A stretch of DNA of 64,000 bases from Eledone cirrhosa (GCA_964016885.1 OZ024741.1:253084001-253148000); one strand, 5' to 3'. Positions 12,761 to 26,363 are shown, numbered from the stretch's first letter. Program-made: numbers and translations. The notes: generated from the letters alone by a model not told the origin.

Positions 12761-13006
12761 CATCATCATCATCATCATTTTACGTCCGCTTTTCCCTCTT
12801 TGCAAGGGTGGGACGGGAAATGATTCTGGCTTGATTTCTACAGCTGGATGCCCTTCCTAACACCAACCTCATTTACAGTGAGTGCTGGAGGCTTTTTTGC
12901 CGTGGCACTTCCACAACCACTTTGCCGTGGAATGATAGGGACCCCAGTCCCTATCATCTCATTTCTAAACTGGAGCAATGTGAAATAAAGTGTCTTGCTC
13001 TTTATT

Positions 13007-13010
<4 letters not shown>
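12761..13010 (-). mobile_element. SINE family 1, 3' part with RTE-like tail
   Basis: Matches 43342-43600; (GAT)n tail. Confidence 0.8.
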
Positions 13011-13037
<27 letters not shown>

Positions 13038-13097
13038 ATCCTTATTGAGCTCTCTTTGGATTTTGGTCTTTGTAATTATTATTACTATTATTACTAT

Positions 13098-13290
13098 GGC
13101 AGTATCGGTAGAGGGTTGGATGCCATGCTTTGCAGCAAAAACGAGTTACGTCCCTTTATGGTCTGAGTTCAAATCCCGCCGAGGTTAACTTTGCCTTTCA
13201 TCCTTACGGGGTCAATAAAATAAAATATCAGTAATGCACTGGGATAATTGCTGGCCTTGTGCCAAAAGTAGAAACAATTATTACTATTAT
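13098..13290 (+). mobile_element. tRNA-derived SINE (family 2)
   Basis: GAGTTCAAATCCCGCCGAGGTTAACTTTGCCTTTCATCCTTACGGGGTC core. Copies at 29051, 47745 and 58244. Confidence 0.75.
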
Positions 13291-13302
13291 TACTATATAT
13301 AT

Positions 13303-14064
13303 ATTATCCAACCGTATGCCAATGTGGTTCTATGGCAGGTTAATAAATTAACGAGCCAGAACATATATAATCAAGGTTTAGCAAATAAGAAAAAGTTTTA
13401 AAATAAATTTTAAAAAGTTCTAAAATTTTCTAAAAGATTTAAAATAAATTTTAAAAAGTCTTTCTTTTCAATGGATTTCCGCATGGATTATCCATCTATT
13501 TTGAGACTTGAAACCGTACGGTAAGGGTAATTACAGCAGGTACAGTGAACTTTTTAAAATTTATTTTAAAACTGTTTCTTATTTGCTAAACCTTGATTAT
13601 ATATGTTCTGGCTCGTTAATTTATTAACCTGCCATACGGTTGGATAATACATGTGTCCCTATATGCATTTTGCATGTAGGGATACATACCTTATTATTAT
13701 TAATCTCCCCTGGTCGAGATAACATTTTGGTCGTTTTAACTGCTGCTATTTCTAGTGGCAGTACATTGACCTTTCCACCTCTGCCTTCTATCTTTACAAA
13801 CGGCACTAGACAGAATTGCTTCTTCCTCATACACTCTTATCTTGGGAGCAGTTTTGTATGGCGGCAGTTCGTGATTTGAACTCGGGAATTTTATATTCTC
13901 CGAGCGAGAAGAACCCTCTGACGAAAGTCTTTCTTTTCAATGGATTTCCGCATGGATTATCCATTTATTTCGAGACTTGAAACCGTACGGTAAGGGTAAT
14001 TACAGCAGGTACAGTGAACTTTTTTTAATTTATTTTAAAACTTTTTCTTATTTGCTAAACCTTG

Positions 14065-14070
<6 letters not shown>
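13303..14070 (+). mobile_element. Non-coding element with direct repeats (~468-bp period), an inverted 5' arm and a hammerhead
   Basis: 13457-13602 is repeated at 13925-14070. ~13329-13418 is an inverted copy of ~13546-13636. The element ends in (TA)n. Confidence 0.85.
13913..13997 (+). ncRNA. Type I hammerhead ribozyme
   Basis: ACCCT CTGACGA AAGTCT..AGACTT GAAAC CGTACG GTA AGGGT. Perfect stem I, stem II and core; stem III is the palindrome ACCGTACGGT. Confidence 0.88.
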
Positions 14071-14114
<44 letters not shown>

Positions 14115-14117
<3 letters not shown>

Positions 14118-14915
14118 TCAATGAATTGAGTATGATACATGTTTCTTACTAAATGCCAAGATATACTAACTACTTATGGAAGAATACATAACATTCTTTC
14201 AAAATCAATTGACAATCAAAGAGATACTTCAAATCATGTTATTAATGTTTACACACATTTCAACTTCAATATTAGCACATAATACTAAAACTTTTGTTAG
14301 GCTGTTAATTCAGGATTTAGATAATGCACGTCCCAAAGAAATATAAAAATCCATTCTTAATACAGTAGAGAAATTAGAGCATTTTTTAAAAAAGATATTT
14401 TTAAAGAAATAGAGAAACAGTCTTGATTTTAAATATATATTTCAAATTATTTATAACTAATCACTTGTTGCCGAAAAAATAAGACTGTTATACACAATTA
14501 ATCAACTACTTTGCATGTGTCTCTCTGGAAAAAAATAACCTTCTTTCTTTTTAAAAAATCTCTTCAAAAAAACCTTTTCGATTTCTTGTTACTGAAAAAA
14601 AAAACAGGCCTGTTTTGCACAAATAAGTAACTGCTTTGTTTATGTGTCCCCAGAGATAAAACAACTTTCTTTAAAATTATCTTAGAAAAACCTCTTCAAT
14701 TTCTTTACTTTATAGACTATGGATTTTGTATTTCTTTGGGGTTCTCATCATCCAAATCCTGAATTAATATCCTAATTAATATCTTAATGATTATGTGCTA
14801 ACATTGAAGTTGAAACACATGAACACATTAATACAATGATTTGAAGTATCTCTTAAGTTGTCAATTGATTTTAAAAAAAATGTTATTCTCTGTATTCTTC
14901 CATAAGTAGTTAATA
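14115..14915. mobile_element. Old fold-back element
   Basis: ~14168-14355 is an imperfect reverse complement of ~14719-14911, with an AT-rich spacer. No intact hammerhead seen. Confidence 0.6.
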
Positions 14916-15669
14916 CATTAAGGGCTGGCACTATGCTGGGCTGATGCAGACTTGGCCAAAAGTATACATATTCCCCCACCCCTGTACCCTGACTTCTCTC
15001 CATGTCTCTCTCTCTCTCCTCTTCTACTAGCACTCCCTAACAGCTATCCTCACGACCCCATCCTCCAATATCAATCAGTAACTGCTACCCGCCTCTAAAG
15101 ACCTAAGATACCCTCACCCCACCCACCTCTATCACTACATTCCCCTTCCCCACCCTGGTACTCCCCAATTTCACTATTCACCACCACTACCACCACTATC
15201 TTTGCTTTGATGTTCTCACCACTGCATCTCCGCCTCACTGTGTAATCAAAAGTCACCCTTCCCCTTCTCCACTCATCACCCTCTCAAATCACACCACACT
15301 TACCATAACTGCATATCACTGTCACTCACCCTCAAACAGACCAGAGAAGACTCTTCCAGTGGGACAAGGATCAACAACCTCTCTAGCATTGGTGCCATGA
15401 AAATACACATAGGAAAACCTGTAAACTGGTTAGTGACAGAAATGGAACCCTGCTTTAGAAAGCTTACCAAGCAAAGGGTTAAGAGGACCCTCCAGTTGTG
15501 TCAGATCTCTCTTGCATTCAGTAAAACGGAAGACTATATAAGCAAGAGGCAGACCATCTGGCTCATTTCAGTACTGACATGGTTTAAGTAGACACGACCA
15601 GCCCTTCTAGCAGGAAAAGTGGATGTTAAATAATGTTGATGATGATATATATGTACATATTAATCATCA

Positions 15670-16605
15670 TCAGAATCCGTAGAAGAGCTAGAGAATAAAT
15701 TCTGGCTATGGAAACAGCAGTTGGAAGCAAGAGGACTGAGAGTGAACATAGCTAAGACAAAAATGTTGATAAGTAGAAAAGAGGACAAAACTCTGCTTCC
15801 ATCAGGGAAATGGCCATGTTCGATATGCAGAAAAGGAACTGGCATAAATTCTATAAAATGTACACAATGCAGATCTTGGGTACACAAGAGATGTAGTGGG
15901 ATAGCAGGCAAACTAACAGGTAGGGAAAACTATGTATGCAGTAGATGTACAGGGAAATTTGACAGTAGAATTCACAGTGATAGACACATTTTTCAAATGC
16001 AGGTGGGTTTATAGAAGTGGTTGATAGCTTCCGGTACCTTGGTGATTAGATTAGCATGGGAGGGGGGGGGTGTTCCGAGGCCATAGTATCTAGAATAAGG
16101 ATGGGTTGGAAGAAGTTTAGGGAGCTTCTTCCTCTGTTGACAAAGAAGGATATCTCCCTGCATACGAAAGGCCGGTTATATGGTGCCTGTGTGAGATGCG
16201 TGATGCTGCATGGTAGTAAGACATGGGCAGCAACTGCAGAAGATATGCAACGACTGGAGAGAAATGAAGTAAGCATGATCCATTGGATGTGCAATGTCAA
16301 TGTGCGTGAACAACCAAGCATGGATGAGTTGAGAGAGAAGCTGTGTATAAGAGGGATAAGTTGTGGTGTGCGGGAGAGAAGACTGCAATGGTATGGACAT
16401 GTGATGTGCATGGAGGATGATCGCAGGGTAAAGAAGTGCCAAGAAATCCCATTAGAAGGAAGACACAATAGAGGAAGACCACGAAAAACATGGGCAGAAG
16501 TGGTGAGAGCAGACCTCAGATCGCTGAAACTCACAGAGGAGATGACCTGTTCCACCCTTGCAAGCAGGGAAAAGCGGACGTAAAATGATGATGATGATGA
16601 TGATG
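15670..16605 (+). mobile_element. RTE LINE fragment (second subfamily)
   Basis: ORFs 15721-16014 (WPCSICRKG..CTQCRSWVHKRC..CSRC) and 16056-16583. Ends GCGGACGTAAAA(TGA)n. Confidence 0.9.
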
Positions 16606-16619
16606 ATATACAAGACAAA

Positions 16620-16800
16620 CCATAAACCCTCCATCTCAATTTTACTTTTGAAAAGCATAAGAACTGTGAAACCGGTAAAATAAATAAATAAATATTTTTA
16701 AAAAGACTCCAGTTGCATTTTCAATTTCTTTTCATTATATTTTTACCCGTGTAGGACATCTCGATTTTTTCTTATGTTTCTTTTTTTTATAAAAAAACCT
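16620..16800 (+). repeat. Dispersed PLE-like terminal fragment containing a hammerhead 3' half
   Basis: Homologous inverted copy at ~18915-19085. Both contain GAAAC CG GTA. Confidence 0.55.
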
Positions 16801-16906
16801 CATTTTCTTATATACACATATATATATATATATATAAATATATCATCATCACCATTTTACGTCCACTCTTCCATGCTAGCATGGGTTAGACGACCATATA
16901 TATATA

Positions 16907-17186
16907 TATGAGTTCAATTCTCAGACTGGGTGATGCATTGTTAACTTGAGCAAGACACTTTATTTCACATTGCTCCAGTTTACTCAGCTGTAGAAATGAG
17001 ATGATAGGGACTGGGCTCCCTATCATTCCACTGCAAAGTGGTCGTGGAGGTACCACGGCAAAAAAGCACCCAGCATTCACTGTAAATGAGGTTGGTGTTA
17101 GGAAGGGCATCCAGCTGTAGAAATCAAGCCAGAATCAGTTCCCGTCCCACCCTTGCAAGCAGAGAAAAGCGGACAAAAAAAAAGGA

Positions 17187-17190
<4 letters not shown>
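16907..17190 (+). mobile_element. SINE family 1, 5'-truncated
   Basis: B-box through the RTE-like tail; matches 61580-61865. Confidence 0.8.
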
Positions 17191-17267
<77 letters not shown>

Positions 17268-17409
17268 TATATACACATATACATATATATATGAAAGAGT
17301 CAGAACCGACTTTTTCATATAACCATACTCTACTACATCAAATATCATGTACTCTGGTAAGTAATGTCTAACCAGTTTCTAACTGAATCCATCATGATTT
17401 ATATATATA

Positions 17410-18040
17410 TAGTGCAAGAATGAAGAGTAACATGGTTGGCTGTACAACAAGGGGCTTTATTTCGGGTATTAACAATTGCTTCATTGATCAGGTGAGTCTA
17501 GAGGCTGCTAATCACTCGAAGTTGCATCACTCGATCTCCATTACAATATTTACCTCTGATCAAATCCTCAGAATACAGATAATTCATACATGGCATGATA
17601 TATATAGAGAAATAGCATAGAATCAAAACAATACCAGCAATAATAAAATATATGATAAATAGGTAAAGAAGTTACAGATGTATATATATATCATGCCATG
17701 TATGAATTATCTGTATCTGAGGATTTGATCAGAGGTAAATATTGTAATGGAGATTGAGTGACGCAACTTCCAGCGATTAGCGGCCTGTAGACTCACCTGA
17801 TCAATGAAACAATTGTTAATACCTGAAATAAAGCCCCTTGTTGTACAGCCAACCATGTTACTCTTCATTCTTTCACTATTATTACTCCAAGTATAACCTG
17901 CATAGGAATTCCCGTGAACTCACTGCCTAACTATGGAAACATCTTATTGAGACAAACAACGCCGTACGTTAAAACTATCCACGACACAGAGTACTCACAA
18001 CCTCTAACTGAATTACCTATGACGATAACTTGTTATCCTA
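17410..18040. mobile_element. Fold-back element with ~195-bp arms and a right tail
   Basis: 17410-17606 is the reverse complement of ~17685-17880. Tail extends to ~18040; TA flanks. Confidence 0.88.
17713..17822 (+). ncRNA. Type I hammerhead with a long stem II insert
   Basis: GTAT CTGAGGA T TTGATCAG ... CTGATCAA T GAAAC AATT GTT AATAC. The mirror copy at ~17466-17578 has the full stem I but GAAG in place of GAAA. Confidence 0.7.
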
Positions 18041-18055
18041 TATATATGTATATAT

Positions 18056-18303
18056 ATAATTACATAATAAACAACACAATAGGTTTCGAGAAACTAGATG
18101 ATCTAGCTCGTTCGTCAGACAAAATAATTATGTTTTGTCTGACAAACTAACTAGATGTTTCTATGAGAATCATCCAGTTTCTTGAAACCTTTGGTAATGA
18201 AATAATTATATTCTGTTGTTTATTATATAATTAAATACATTTATTATGTACAATACCTAGAGCACTCTTCATTCCTTTACCTTTTCTATGGAAATACTTA
18301 AGA
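18056..18303. mobile_element. Fold-back element with a hammerhead motif
   Basis: Centre ~18126. Right arm: TTTTGT CTGACAA ... GAAAC CTTTG GTA ATGAAA (18133-18202). The left arm (minus) keeps CTGACGA but is internally deleted. Right-side tail. Confidence 0.65.
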
Positions 18304-18318
18304 CACATACACACACAT

Positions 18319-18365
<47 letters not shown>

Positions 18366-18461
18366 TACATATACCTATATAGATGTATATATATATACAC
18401 ATATATATATGTGTGTGTGTATATATATACAAGCATACAAATATATTCAAATATATGCGTG

Positions 18462-18493
<32 letters not shown>

Positions 18494-18836
18494 AGTTATA
18501 TTTCTATAGGTAGGTGAAGAAAGGGGTTTCAGTGATTGCACAAGCACTTCCTCTACTTCCTTCATTTTTTGTCTGTATATAGACCAAAGATGTTGGCGTC
18601 AGAAATTTGAGAAGCTTCCATAAGTTTATAACGACATGATGACATAAAGTGCTAATTGGAATTCCACACAGAAGATGATTAGCATTTGACAGTGCTCCTA
18701 AAATTTGCTAATATATACATACATATGTATACGAATATATATATATATATGTATGTATATAACATTGAAAATAAAACCAATATTTAATTATATATATGTA
18801 TATATATATACACATATGCTATATATATATATATAT

Positions 18837-18874
<38 letters not shown>

Positions 18875-19167
18875 ATATATATATATATATATATATATAA
18901 ATATATATATAAGAAAATGTGGTTTCTTATCAATTGAAAAAAACAAGATGTCCTACATGAGTGAAAGTATAAGGAAAAGAAATAGAAAATGTAACTGGAG
19001 TCTTATTAAGAATATATATTTGTTTCCTTTACCGGTTTCACAGTTCTTATTCTTTTCAAAAGTAGAATTGAGATGGAGGGTTTACAAACCATCCGACTCT
19101 TTCATTCAATATATATATGTATATATCATATATATCATATATATGTATATATATATATATATATATA

Positions 19168-19288
19168 TAGGAAAAAAGTCAGGATCCCGACAGCTGAGCT
19201 CCAGCCGTTTCAACAGCTAGATCCGAACTGTATCGTGTACTCTGGTGCATTATGGTCCACCTGATTTCTTACCACACTTTCTTTGTTA
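19168..19288. mobile_element. Fold-back family A, degenerate copy
   Basis: Inverted arm TAGGAA..CGACAGCTGAGCTCCAGCCGTTTC joined to the tail GTACTCTGGTGCATTATGGTCCAC. Confidence 0.65.
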
Positions 19289-19314
19289 TATATATATATA
19301 TATATATATATATT

Positions 19315-19374
<60 letters not shown>

Positions 19375-19662
19375 GTGGTTGTAGGCACTCTAGGAATGAT
19401 ACCTAAGGGGTCTAATGATTACTTATCGCAAATCCCAGGAAACCCGCGTATAGGACAAATACAAAAGATAGTACTAATGGGAACTGCCCATATACTAAGG
19501 AAGATTCTGTCAATATAAGTACATCACAAGTCTAAACACCTAAAGATGCATGTGTGTGTATGTATGTTCTTTCTTGAACATGGCAGACCTTGTTGTCTCT
19601 TGAGGTCACTGGTTGTGACTTGGTGATAACTCTTATGAACATAAAGCAAAATAAATGCAACT

Positions 19663-19663
<1 letters not shown>
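19375..19663 (+). mobile_element. R4/Dong-type (restriction-like endonuclease) non-LTR element, 3' fragment in (TAA)n
   Basis: Translates VVVGTLGMIPK..IQKIVLMGTAHILRKIL*, the typical C-terminus of R4/Dong/NeSL ORFs. (TAA)n on both flanks. Confidence 0.75.
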
Positions 19664-19704
<41 letters not shown>

Positions 19705-20182
19705 TTGAAGACTAAAATCCAAAGAGGGCTCGATAAGGATAAATATATATCAAATATATAAGAACCGTAGAGCAAATATTTATTAAAATAACAGATTTAA
19801 TAAATATATATATATATGTCTGAGTGTATCCACTTATATGAATATTTGCATACACAAAGCCAAGCAATAACAACTGATTATAGCAGCATATGTTTAAAAA
19901 CACTTAAAGAAAATTTATTAACCCCAGGATATAGCTGGTATTGTTTTTATTGATATTACAAGTATGAATGGTTAACTCAATCATGGTAGGATTGAAAATA
20001 AGTCTTAAATGTGATATTAATATATATTTATGGTAACTACCATTGATATATTATACATACATACATATACACATACACACATGCACACACACAACACACA
20101 TGCGCACACACACACACACACACATATATATATACGAGATATATATATATGTGTATATGTATATATATATATATATATATGC

Positions 20183-20213
<31 letters not shown>

Positions 20214-20235
20214 TATATATATATTTATATATGTA

Positions 20236-20269
<34 letters not shown>

Positions 20270-20321
20270 GATAGATAGATAGATATAGATATAGATATTA
20301 CACGGGTGTGTATGATTGTGT

Positions 20322-20803
<482 letters not shown>

Positions 20804-20916
20804 GGATTAACAAATAATAGTTAAAGGCTAGACATACCAGTTCAGTGAAACAAATGTAAGCTATGTGATTAAAAACTTTTTTGTATAGCAAACCATGTAA
20901 ACCTTCTTTCCTGATT

Positions 20917-20948
<32 letters not shown>

Positions 20949-21137
20949 ATGAAGGAAATGTGGTAAGGAACCAGGTGGACCATAACGCACCAAAGTACTC
21001 AATACTTAGGGTAGTAGAGTGGGTAATAGGAACGAGTAGGACCTCGACGGCTGAGCTCAAGCCGTTTCGACGGCTAATTCTGGACCAGAATTAGCCGTCG
21101 AAACGGCTTGAGCTCAGCCGTCGAGGTCCTACTCGTT

Positions 21138-21142
<5 letters not shown>
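20949..21142. mobile_element. Fold-back family A copy
   Basis: Perfect palindrome ~21026-21142 centred near 21084, with the tail on the left. Confidence 0.9.
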
Positions 21143-21178
<36 letters not shown>

Positions 21179-21580
21179 GTATATTCGTTGTTCAAATCAT
21201 TAATTAATCCATGTGGTAATATAGGAAATGATTAATTCAAGTGTAAACCACACTTTACACTCAATGTATGTTGATAGTAGCAATCCATAGTGATATGAAT
21301 CTTTATACAGTTGGTGATCCATGGATCAATGGAATATAAACATATCGGTATTGATACAAAGACAGGAGATTAAATTTCCAAATTTTATTACATGATAAAC
21401 ATTTTTGTTCTTTCTATATTTTAATAAGGTTTACATATTTATACAACCCTGAATATGTGAAAATCGCTTTGTCTGACATAACTATAAAACATAATAATAT
21501 GCTACTATGATGGTATTATAGCATATCTATGTACTATATACATACATTCATACTCTCACACACACATATATATATATTTA

Positions 21581-21951
21581 TAGTAAGGAGTTAACCAAAC
21601 AAGGATGTGAGGACCACTTAATGGTCTGTCGTTTGTGGAGTTGATAAAGGAAAGCGTTCAACGATCTGTATAAAAGTGTAAGCCGGAGCATTATATATCA
21701 ATAAAAATCTGAGGTAATATTCAGGAGCCGGCTGTTGAGGAAATAACATTGCTCGTCCAGTAGCCTCTGTATCAACAAAAATAAACCTTTTCCAAATGTA
21801 AAGGTTTTTTTTTTATAATATTTTATCGTTTTTTTTTTATATTTATAGGTTTACCGTTTGAGAAGCTCAAGCTGTCATAACTGATAGTCCTCAATGTACA
21901 TTATGGACTTTAATAAACCAAAAGCAAACGAATATTGCCTCGGATTTTTAT

Positions 21952-21960
<9 letters not shown>
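21581..21960. mobile_element. Element with 30-bp inverted arms and a left tail
   Basis: TATATATCAATAAAAATCTGAGGTAATATTC (~21692) vs GAATATTGCCTCGGATTTTTATTGATATATA (~21930). Confidence 0.55.
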
Positions 21961-21995
<35 letters not shown>

Positions 21996-24974
21996 ATGTG
22001 TGTGTATGACAAACCTCTTCTCTGTTTCCATATTTAAGTGTATGTGTGTGTGTATATGTCTATGTACCTACCATTAAGATCATTATCTTTTTGCATCAAA
22101 TTTTCCATGCTGACATGGGTTGCACCAGAGAGCAAGAGAGAGAAAAATATAGACATATAAGCCATTTACCCAATACACATGCATATACATGTGTATTTAT
22201 ACATGTGTATTTATACATGTGTATTTAAATATATATATATATATATGCATGTATATATAATACTGACGACTCTAGCTCATCAATGTTACACAAGCTTAGC
22301 ATAAGTTTTAATAAAATTTAGTAAATTTCCAATTTGGAGTAACATTTGGTAGAAGAATTTAAGCATGAAACTATTCAATCATAATGCAATTATAGAATTC
22401 TGTGTGCACCTGTCACCATTACTCAGTATCATGCTATTGTATGAAAATCGACTGTTATCTGTCTTTATCCATAATATTTCAAACAAATAAAGCAGCCACT
22501 CCAGGGTTTGTGGGATTAACAATTCATCTGACATATTTTTTAAACCTATTTTTTAAACTGCTCTCTTACATTCAACTGAAGCAAGTGCTAATTTCTATAA
22601 ATTATTTTCAACAGTCGATTTAGATATCTTGAATCTGTTAGCTGTCTTGCATGACATATAGGGTGTAAAAATATGAACGTAATGTCATTTTGAAAACAAA
22701 AATTATTACTTCAATATAATCATAATCTACACCTTCAAAAATCTATCATGGCAAAATGTAATTAAAAGCAAGAATTATTAAGAAAATAGGGGAGGAAATA
22801 AAGTTATAGGAGATGCATGCCACCTATATTATATTTACAACATAAGGAAATATAATTATAACTAGTTGATGTGGTGGGAATTAATAAAAAAGACAAGATT
22901 TCTTTTTTTCTTAATGTTTCATGCATTTCGGAAGTAAAATAATTTGAAAAGCTTTCCTATAGTAGAATCAGCAATGAATTTACATGGAACTGCAATATTA
23001 AAAATGCCTTTATTTAAAAAAAAAAATAAATACTTGCTTCAATTAAACATAAATTCCAAATGCCTTGGTTTTATAGCAAATTCCTCTAATGTTTTATTGT
23101 GTAATTCTTTGTATCATTCTAAACTGATGGTTATCTGCTTTTTTGATGGGAGTATGACTCAGTAAAGACAACTGTCATTATCCAGCTCAAGAATGATTGA
23201 TTTGTGTCAACTGTTGAGAAATGCCTTTCATTTCTAACAGAAGTTGCAGGGATGATAAAGACAAGTTGAAATAATTAAAGTTTCAGATATAACAGACAAA
23301 AAACCCAGTTTATGAAGTAATGGTAAAATGGCATTACATGATTTAAATGTTTTAAAGTTATTGTCCAGAAACATATACCCAGAAGCGAAACTAGAGTATG
23401 GCAAGTATGGCATGTGCCATGGGCGTCACATGAAGGGATCACCACTTGGACTAGGAGCATGTTCTATTAAAGCCAAATAAGCTTCGTCAGAGAGTGAAAA
23501 AAGAAACTTCTTCAGATGTATGATCTGTCTCTGATTATCATGGGTGAGAACACTATGGTGGCTGGATCATTAAACCATTTATATAAATTATTAGGCTCAT
23601 AGGTAAAAATACAATGCTGAGCAGGGGCGTAATTTCACTGCTTGCCATAGGTGCCATTTTCCCTTGTTATACCCTTGCATATAACTGAGTGCATTTACAA
23701 GGGATTTGCACTGCAAACTGTCTCTATGTTGAATTAGAAATATATTGGCAAACACTTTCAAACTTTTCACATCAAATAATTCAAAATATAATAATATCTC
23801 CATGTGAGCAAATCATTTCTTTAACTATGAGCATCACATTTTAAGCATATGTAAGACTACAATATCTAATGAAGTAATTCCCAAGCTTATTTTGTCTCAA
23901 AAGCCTTGTGTAATTTCCCTCAAACATGGAACTTATGGCTACATTTTACAGGCAGTCACGACCACGTTAATTTAAATAAGACATTTAAATGAAACAAAAA
24001 TGTTTATACATAAAAGCGAGAACCTATTTGTATAAAAAATGGCATAAATCTTTTATTAACTTTTATTAAATGACACCTTATCTTACAGAACCCCAGAATT
24101 TTTTTTTGCACAACCTACATTGAGAAACATTGATCATGTTTCATGTCCTTATATAAGATTTGGCTGCTATATTTTCTTCTTAGAATATGGAAGAAGGTAT
24201 GATATATACAAGATGCAAAGTTTGCTGACCTCTGAGAAATCTTATATGTAATATTGGTAATTAAGGTTTTGGGGGTTGTTTTTTGTTGTCAAAGCAAATA
24301 CTTTGTAATGAAATGTAACCACTCAGCATAACCTTGGGAATAAGTTGGTAAGATTACTGAGTTGCATTGATTCTTCTAAAGTTTTATTGGTTCTGGAGGT
24401 TGTAAGACTCACACACTCTCACACACACATGTACACACACATGCATACCTACATGCGTACATACATACATATACACAAGTTGTGAAACTCACAGACAAAA
24501 ATACATGCACACATGTATATATATATATACATATATATACATACAAAGATTATAAACTGTCAGACACACATACACATAAATGCATAAATACACTCAGATA
24601 ATCATATAATATTCAGACAGAAACACAGGCACCCAGCTCACTGATAAACACATAGTATACCATAGTAAACACCACATATGTTGATAAATATATATCATTC
24701 ACATCCTCTAACACGATGTTACTTACCTAGCAATGAAAGACAACAGACTGAAGGCAGACAACCCCCACCTTTCACTTGTCACAAATATTTAACATATTAA
24801 CTTGTGGTTCATTTTGATAATAGAGCTTGATATCAAAGCAGAAATATGTTAGCCTAAAGTTGGTGGTGAGGAACACATTTTGTTTATACAAGGAAAATGA
24901 TTATGGGATTTGAACCTAGAAAGTTCCCCTCCGAAGCAAAAGTCTGGGCAATTTTGTTTGTGGTAGACCAGCAG

Positions 24975-25210
24975 TCTACCGTGCATACCAGTCTCCTCTC
25001 ACCATGCCACCGATGTTGTCCAAGAGAAAAGTTAAGGCCGATACAGCTTGGCACCAGTGTCATTACAACTCATTTCTACAGCTGAGTGAACTGGAGCAAC
25101 ATGAAAAAAAGTGTCTTGCTCAAGAACACAATGCAAACCTTGGTCCAAGCATCAAACTCACAACCTCATGATTGTAAGCCCGATGCTCCAATCACTAAGC
25201 CATGCACCTT
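24975..25210 (-). mobile_element. SINE family 1 variant
   Basis: tRNA-like head plus the CTTGAGCAAGACAC core on the minus strand. Confidence 0.7.
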
Positions 25211-25570
25211 TGTTTATATAACATACACATATAATGCTCAAACAAAGCTATAATTTCTTTTGAAAATAGTGAATTAACACCATATGGGAAGGGAGATTAC
25301 TTTATTTCTAATAGATTGGTTGTGAATTTGTCAGCTCAAGTTATACATATGAGCTGAGTAAATATCACATGTCAAGAATGAACATAATATTTTGAAATAT
25401 TCCTTGTTGTCTTGGAATTAGATAGATCTGACAGTTGGGCTACTGGGGCTCAGCCCCAGTACTGGAATCATCACTGTTATATAACTATACATATTCAAGT
25501 ATATGTGTATATGTAGATATTTGTGTGAGATGTGTGTGTGTATGTATATGTATGTGTGTGTATATATATA

Positions 25571-25828
25571 ATGTAGAAAATTATTTGTTTTAAGAAGGCC
25601 AAGACAAATTTAGTTTAACGAAGGCAACAAAAATGTTTGTTACCTGGAACTTTTTCTTCCTAATATTAGAATGAAAGAAAGAAATAGCAGGTAACACACA
25701 AAGTTCTTCATTGCTTTCATTCAAACTAAATATTACAGTCCATTTTGCCTTGTCATAGACTTCTTAAAACAAATCATTTTCTACATCATACACTATATAC
25801 AATGCTTCGAGCAAACTACAACATTCTA

Positions 25829-25830
<2 letters not shown>
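25571..25830. mobile_element. Degenerate fold-back element
   Basis: ATGTAGAAAATTATTTGTTTTAAGAAG vs CTTCTTAAAACAAATCATTTTCTACAT. Its tail is shared with ~50990-51025. Confidence 0.6.
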
Positions 25831-25876
<46 letters not shown>

Positions 25877-26036
25877 CCCAAGTTCAATAGGGGGTAACCA
25901 CAGTAAGTAAGGTACTCAATACAGAGTAGAGTATAAATATTTAATATAGAAATGGCTTCTACAAGACTAGAACTGTTTCATTTCAAGGATGATTTCCTTC
26001 AAATGAAACAGTTCTAGTCCTGTAGAAGCCATTTAT

Positions 26037-26037
<1 letters not shown>
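25877..26037. mobile_element. Fold-back element of the same family as the 11183 hammerhead
   Basis: Arms ~25945-25989 and ~25994-26036 contain GAAACAGTTCTAGTCCTGTAGAAGCC. Left tail. Confidence 0.75.
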
Positions 26038-26067
<30 letters not shown>

Positions 26068-26112
26068 ATGTGTGTGTAAGTAAAACATGTAAATGCTTTG
26101 ATTGTCTCTACA

Positions 26113-26201
26113 CATCTGACGAGCAGATCAATGCTTGATTGAGTCAAGTCTATCAAATCAATGTAGATCTCAAGCCAATCATCTGTGAAACATATTTAAT
26201 G
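26113..26201 (+). ncRNA. Near-intact hammerhead motif
   Basis: CAT CTGACGA GCAGAT..ATCTGT GAAAC ATAT TTA ATG. One stem III mismatch. Confidence 0.55.
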
Positions 26202-26283
26202 ATTGATATACAATAAAAACGTTACAAAGTGAAACTTCATATCACACATAGTATCATATACATATGTACATATAAATATATAT

Positions 26284-26363
<80 letters not shown>

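Noticed and set aside
22260-24400. Repeat-poor AT-rich stretch that might hold a host exon
   Set aside because: No convincing ORF, codon pattern or splice-bounded segment by eye. It cannot be excluded without RNA-seq.
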